Source: Chitinophagales bacterium
Lineage (GTDB): Bacteria > Bacteroidota > Bacteroidia > Chitinophagales > JADJOU01
Length of the DNA stretch: 40,613 nucleotides
NCBI GenBank assembly: GCA_044368545.1
Contig: JBIPPG010000002.1
Location: forward strand, 1 to 40,613
Reading direction: 5' to 3'
Both the position numbers and the translations under genes were made by a program. How positions within the stretch are numbered: the first letter of the stretch is position 1; every line of letters starts with the position of its first letter. The notes beneath the pieces are model-generated. The model had not been told where the DNA came from. It was given only the letters and a program-made list of their open reading frames with translations, and did not search any database. Shown here piece after piece: positions 36,228 to 40,613 of the stretch.

Positions 36228-37610
36228 CTATTTTATATTACAAACAGTATATTTTTCATCGGGAAGATTAAAATAAACTTTATTTAAGTTTTCACTTTTG
36301 TGATTTTTAAAGGTAGAATAAATTAAAGTTGAATCTTCTGTGTTCAAATCTTTAGTATTTTCTATTGGGAATAACGACTTCGTTTTTCCATTCAAGCTAC
36401 TGATAAAAATAGTTTCTACATCAATGGCCCAACTATTGGATAACTTATACCAATTGAGTTGCTTAGCTTCTATGGCCATTTTTGATTTATCCGAAGATAA
36501 AATAATTTGTTCCAAATAATCATACCTAGATTTGAAATAATCACTCGTTTGTATCAAGAAAAATACTCCTAAAAACATAAAGTAAACAGCACTAAATCGT
36601 TTGAGAACAATAGAATGTGAAATATTTTGATAATAAAAAAGTAAACCTATTGAAGAAATCATATAAAAATACAATTCATAGTGCATATAGGTATTGTTCT
36701 CTTCCAAAAACATAATAGAATTGATAAAAAACAAACCTGCTACAAACAAAATGGCCCATAAAATTTCAACAAATCGTCTCTTATAAATAGCTAAAATAAC
36801 CGAAATTAAAAGGATATAATTTGTGAGATTATAAAAATAATTCATTCGATAAACTTCTCTAAAAAAATATAAAAAGTTTGATTTTTGAATATCTTTCCAT
36901 TGCGCTAAGGAATTATAAAAAATATCAATTTTACTTTGTTCGTATCCATTTATTGATACTAATTTTTTCTTTAGAAAAATCATCAAGAAAAAGAATACAA
37001 TAAATCCAAACAAGTGTTTTCGTTCATTTTTATTCTGATATAAATTTAACAATAAAACATACAAAATAACTATATAAATCAAGGTATGTGCGCCCCAAAC
37101 TAGAATTAACAACAATACAAATGTTTGTAAATAATTGAACAAATTTTTATGAATATTGAGCTGCCGCAAAGAAATATAAAACCAAAAACAAATGGGAATT
37201 GCAATGTATTCGGGGCTTCTAAAAAAAAACTGATGATGGCATAAAAATATAGCACTCAATAGCAAAAAATAACCGTTGGTAATATCCTTTGTTTGCTTCC
37301 AAACAATCAAAAAAATCAAATACGTAGTCACTAAAAAATTGATACTAAATCCTATCAAAACCCATTTCAACGGCAAGTGCAATTGGATAGCCAACCAAGG
37401 CAAATATTCCGCAAAAACAGCTATAAATCTATTGTGTGGAATGGTAAAAGTCTCTCGATTGATCATATCAAAAAGATAATACGCATTGTCCATAATACAA
37501 GTGCTTTCTCTATAAAAATAGACTTGAAGTCCTATTATGATTGTAAAAACAATATGTATAAGCCAAAAATCAATACTATTTATTTTTTTGAAATTTTCTT
37601 TCCAATTCAT
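36228..37610 (-). CDS. Polytopic membrane protein, possibly a GT-C-fold glycosyltransferase-like protein
   Basis: About 460 aa, with roughly 10 or more hydrophobic helices followed by a soluble C-terminal domain of about 100 aa. I prefer the ATG at 37610 (MNWKEN) to the TTG at 37622. The DNA is AT-rich (23 percent G+C in the line counted at 36661-36720). The family assignment is a guess from architecture alone. Confidence 0.45.
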   Translation of the reverse strand: MNWKENFKKINSIDFWLIHIVFTIIIGLQVYFYRESTCIMDNAYYLFDMINRETFTIPHNRFIAVFAEYLPWLAIQLHLPLKWVLIGFSINFLVTTYLIFLIVWKQTKDITNGYFLLLSAIFLCHHQFFFRSPEYIAIPICFWFYISLRQLNIHKNLFNYLQTFVLLLILVWGAHTLIYIVILYVLLLNLYQNKNERKHLFGFIVFFFLMIFLKKKLVSINGYEQSKIDIFYNSLAQWKDIQKSNFLYFFREVYRMNYFYNLTNYILLISVILAIYKRRFVEILWAILFVAGLFFINSIMFLEENNTYMHYELYFYMISSIGLLFYYQNISHSIVLKRFSAVYFMFLGVFFLIQTSDYFKSRYDYLEQIILSSDKSKMAIEAKQLNWYKLSNSWAIDVETIFISSLNGKTKSLFPIENTKDLNTEDSTLIYSTFKNHKSENLNKVYFNLPDEKYTVCNIK

Positions 37611-37835
37611 AGAATAAATCAATTAAGTTATTATTTTCACTTTTATTTAAATATTATCATAAATACATTCAATTTTAAGTTCATTTAATATTGTATTACA
37701 TTCAATATCAATAAAAAATTAAAAAACTACTATGATAAATTAATATAGATAGTATAATCTTAAATCTGTAATTAGTGTAAATGTGAAACGTAAAAAAATA
37801 GATTATCTTTATTAAGGTTTGCATTTATTCTTAAC

Positions 37836-38360
37836 TTAACTAATTTCATTTCTAAGTTCTACAAATATATTATCTTCAAATTCTAAAAAAAGCTTTATTA
37901 AACAATTTTTAAAATCACTTTCTACAATTTTTTGGTTCATAATTTTAAAATACATTTCTTTAATATCCATTTTATATTCAGAGTAGATTTTTTCACAATT
38001 AACAATTCTATCATCTGAACTTTCTAAGAAATCTACAAATGTTAAAACATAAGATACATATCTTGATATTATTTCATTTGTATATTCAATATCATATATA
38101 ATCATTTCATCTCCTGCTAGTCCTTTTAATGCTAAATAAGCTTTTCCATCACTAGCATAGGCATCAATATATGTATCATAATCATTACAAGCTAGTTTAC
38201 AAAGTTCTTCATATGTTAATTTTTTGTATCTATTGTCTATTCTAGCCTTTATATCAACATCTTTATTAAATTTCCAAAACATATGACTACTATATAATCT
38301 TAGGGCAATTTCTCTTAATAAAGTTACTTTTTCTGACAACTGAATTAATTTTATATTCAT
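37836..38360 (-). CDS. Hypothetical protein; no recognisable domain
   Basis: 174-aa ORF with an ATG start and a -7 box 19 nt upstream. The DNA is AT-rich. Confidence 0.5.
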   Translation of the reverse strand: MNIKLIQLSEKVTLLREIALRLYSSHMFWKFNKDVDIKARIDNRYKKLTYEELCKLACNDYDTYIDAYASDGKAYLALKGLAGDEMIIYDIEYTNEIISRYVSYVLTFVDFLESSDDRIVNCEKIYSEYKMDIKEMYFKIMNQKIVESDFKNCLIKLFLEFEDNIFVELRNEIS

Positions 38361-38378
38361 TTTATAATTTTTAGATTA

Positions 38379-38386
38379 CAAATATA
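38379..38386 (-). promoter_or_regulatory. Candidate -7 box (TATATTTG on the minus strand) for the 174-aa gene
   Basis: The plus strand reads CAAATATA, 19 nt upstream of the ATG at 38360. Confidence 0.4.
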
Positions 38387-38449
38387 ACAAAAAAATATAA
38401 CATTTCAAAAAAAATATATCAAATTTCCCCTTAAATCAAAGAAAAATAG

Positions 38450-38457
38450 TAAATTTG
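38450..38457 (+). promoter_or_regulatory. Candidate -7 box TAAATTTG for tyrS
   Basis: Matches TAnnTTTG, 26 nt upstream of the ATG at 38484. Confidence 0.45.
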
Positions 38458-38483
38458 CGGTTTATATTAAATTGAAAATACAA

Positions 38484-39761
38484 ATGAATTTTATTGAAGA
38501 ACTTAAGTGGCGGGGATTGTTTCAGGATATGGTAGCAGGTACCGAAGAGTATTTGGCATCGGCCAATGCTGCGGGTTATATCGGCTTTGACCCTACAGCT
38601 GATTCATTGCATTTAGGTTCATTTCAGCAAATCGTTCTTCTAAAACGTATGCAATTGGCGGGGATTCGTCCTATTGCATTGATGGGTGGCGCTACAGGTC
38701 GAGTGGGCGATCCTACAGGCAAAACCGAAGAACGTCAATTACTCAACGACGAAATTTTGGACAAAAATATTCAAGGCATCAAAAACCAACTTTCCAAATT
38801 CATTCAATTTGGCGAAGGTTCTAGCGATGCTTTATTGGTAAATAATTACGATTGGTTTAGAGATTGGACTTTTTTGGATTTTATCCGCGAAGTAGGCAAA
38901 CATATTACAATAGGCTATATGATGAGCAAAGACAGTGTTCAGAATCGATTGGAGACAGGGCTTTCTTTCACAGAATTCACGTACCAATTGATTCAAGGAT
39001 ATGACTTTTTGCATCTATTTGATAAATATAATTGTAAACTTCAAATGGGCGGAAGCGATCAATGGGGCAATATCACCACAGGTGTGGAAATGATACGCAG
39101 AATGAAAGGCGAAAAAGGCTTTGCGATTACTTCTCCCCTAGTCACGCGTGCCGATGGTTCTAAATTTGGAAAAACCGCAACTGGCGAGAATGTATGGCTA
39201 GATCCCACCAAAACATCTCCTTACAAATTCTATCAATTTTTGCTAAATCGCTCCGACGAAGAGGCAAAAGACTTGAACAGACGTTTTTCATTTAAATCAA
39301 TTCCTGAAATTGAGGAAATGGAAAAACAACACGCTGCCGAGCCACATCTTCGTATTTTACAAAAATCATTGGCGGAAGAATTGACGATTATGGTACATTC
39401 AAAAGAGGATTTGGATATAGCTATCAAAGCGTCTCAGGTTTTATTTGGCAATAGCTCTATCGATGCGCTCAAAGAAATGAGCAAAGAAACTATTTTTGAG
39501 ATTTTTGAAGGTGTACCAAGACATACCATTTCAAGAGAAAAAGTAATCGAAACCAAAGAAATCATACCTTTTTTGGTAGACGAAACGAATATTTTCCCTT
39601 CCAATGGCCAAGCACGTCAAAAACTAACCGAAAATGCCATTAGCATTAACAAAACAAAAGTTGGAGTAGAATATATGATTTCGTATAAAGATATTATTCA
39701 CGATTCTATTATTTTGGTTCAGCAAGGTAAAAAGAATTATTTCTTAGTAGAAATTAAATAA
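38484..39761 (+). CDS. tyrS: Tyrosine--tRNA ligase
   Basis: The start at the ATG at 38484 gives MNFIEELKWRGL. GFDPTADSLHLGS (HIGH region), KFGKT (KMSKS region) and a C-terminal S4-like domain are present. Confidence 0.95.
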   Translation: MNFIEELKWRGLFQDMVAGTEEYLASANAAGYIGFDPTADSLHLGSFQQIVLLKRMQLAGIRPIALMGGATGRVGDPTGKTEERQLLNDEILDKNIQGIKNQLSKFIQFGEGSSDALLVNNYDWFRDWTFLDFIREVGKHITIGYMMSKDSVQNRLETGLSFTEFTYQLIQGYDFLHLFDKYNCKLQMGGSDQWGNITTGVEMIRRMKGEKGFAITSPLVTRADGSKFGKTATGENVWLDPTKTSPYKFYQFLLNRSDEEAKDLNRRFSFKSIPEIEEMEKQHAAEPHLRILQKSLAEELTIMVHSKEDLDIAIKASQVLFGNSSIDALKEMSKETIFEIFEGVPRHTISREKVIETKEIIPFLVDETNIFPSNGQARQKLTENAISINKTKVGVEYMISYKDIIHDSIILVQQGKKNYFLVEIK

Positions 39762-40349
39762 ATGAAAAACGAAGAAAATTGGTCTTTGTATATTGATAAA
39801 ACAAAAGAAAGCAATCCCAGAGATTTTGTAGTAAAGTCAATGGAATTCTTTAATCAAGAAAAATTCAAAGGAAAAGCGGTAGATATTGGTTGTGGGGCTG
39901 GAAATGATATTCATTTTATGCTTGAGAATGGTTGGGAAGTATTGGGAATAGATTCCGAACCTCATTCAAAAAGTGTTTGTGAAGAACGTTTCAAGAATAA
40001 TCCTAATTTTTCTTTTAATCTTTCTGATTTCAAAAATATTGAAATGGCTCATTGCGATTGGGTCAATGCAAGTTTTTCACTTCCTTTTTGCCCCAAAGAA
40101 GACCTAAATTCTTTGATCAATCAAATTTCAAATCAACTCTCTAAAAACGGTCGTTTTTCAGGTAATTTTTTTGGAGATAGGCATTCTTGGACTCAGTTAA
40201 GTTTGTATTCAAAGGAAGAAGTACTCGATATCATAAGTAATTTTGATATTGAATTTTTCACTGAAATTGAAGAGCCTAGAGTTTCCGCTTTTGGAGAATC
40301 AACAGATTTTCACGCATTTGCATTTATAGTAAAATTAAAAAATGGATAG
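39762..40349 (+). CDS. Class I SAM-dependent methyltransferase
   Basis: 195 aa with motif I VDIGCGAGND and the acidic post-I motif LGIDSEP. The start abuts the tyrS stop codon. Confidence 0.75.
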   Translation: MKNEENWSLYIDKTKESNPRDFVVKSMEFFNQEKFKGKAVDIGCGAGNDIHFMLENGWEVLGIDSEPHSKSVCEERFKNNPNFSFNLSDFKNIEMAHCDWVNASFSLPFCPKEDLNSLINQISNQLSKNGRFSGNFFGDRHSWTQLSLYSKEEVLDIISNFDIEFFTEIEEPRVSAFGESTDFHAFAFIVKLKNG

Positions 40350-40613
40350 TTTAACCCAAATAGTACTTGGTGCAGCCGTTGGAGAAGCACTTATGGGACG
40401 AAAAATTGGCAATAAAGCCCAATTAATTGGTGCGATTGCAGGAACTGTACCCGATTTGGATGTAATCTCTAATTTATTTACAAACGATGAAGTACTCAAA
40501 CTTCAAATTCATCGCTCCTATTCGCATGCTACTTTTGTTCACCTCTTTTTAGCCATACCATTTGCCTATTTATGCTATGTCATTTATAAGAAAAAATACA
40601 GTTTCAAAGAGTT
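40342..40613 (+). CDS. Membrane-bound metal-dependent hydrolase, YdjM/DUF457-like, partial (runs off the window)
   Basis: Not in the ORF track because no stop lies in the window. The ATG at 40342 overlaps the preceding stop by 8 nt. Translation gives MDSLTQIVLGAAVGEALMGRKIGNKAQLIGAIAGTVPDLDV...HRSYSHATFVH. Confidence 0.6.
   Translation, partial: MDSLTQIVLGAAVGEALMGRKIGNKAQLIGAIAGTVPDLDVISNLFTNDEVLKLQIHRSYSHATFVHLFLAIPFAYLCYVIYKKKYSFKE

Overview
This is a low-GC chromosomal segment that looks like Bacteroidota, probably Flavobacteriia. Three things support that: start codons sit behind A/T-rich leaders with no Shine-Dalgarno motif, many genes are preceded by the Bacteroidota -7 promoter motif TAnnTTTG, and a DUF4295 gene sits in an rpmB-rpmG operon. 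Most of the window is housekeeping: eno, ftsY, kynA, priA, ung, panC, recQ, rpmB-rpmG-DUF4295, mnmE, an RsuA/RluF-type pseudouridine synthase, tag, rpsL-rpsG-fusA, enoyl-CoA hydratase, a short NuoG-like Fe-S protein, thiolase and tyrS. It also holds a family-5 ABC substrate-binding lipoprotein, a Ppx/GppA phosphatase and small outer-membrane beta-barrel proteins. Several short patches are visibly more AT-rich and look accessory. These are a ParE/RelE-type toxin-antitoxin pair with an orphan lipoprotein (5284-6756), a polytopic membrane protein plus an unknown 174-aa protein (36228-38360), a small membrane protein after tag, and a partial AAA_14/DUF4143 ATPase at the left edge. I found no rRNA, tRNA, CRISPR array, transposase, integrase or phage gene. 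I also found no convincing new multi-gene protein system. The most unusual signals are noncoding. (1) A roughly 100-125 nt element made of two imperfect hairpins occurs twice in direct orientation (12927-13023 and 15795-15920); its stems are about 90 percent conserved and all length variation falls in the hairpin tips. (2) Four dyad symmetries cluster in the untranscribed spacer between the divergent NuoG-like/hydratase and thiolase promoters (34823-34987). (3) Three exact 33-bp-period tandem repeats abut the promoter of the AAA ATPase gene (972-1057). All protein calls rest on motif recognition by eye, and no database search was possible.
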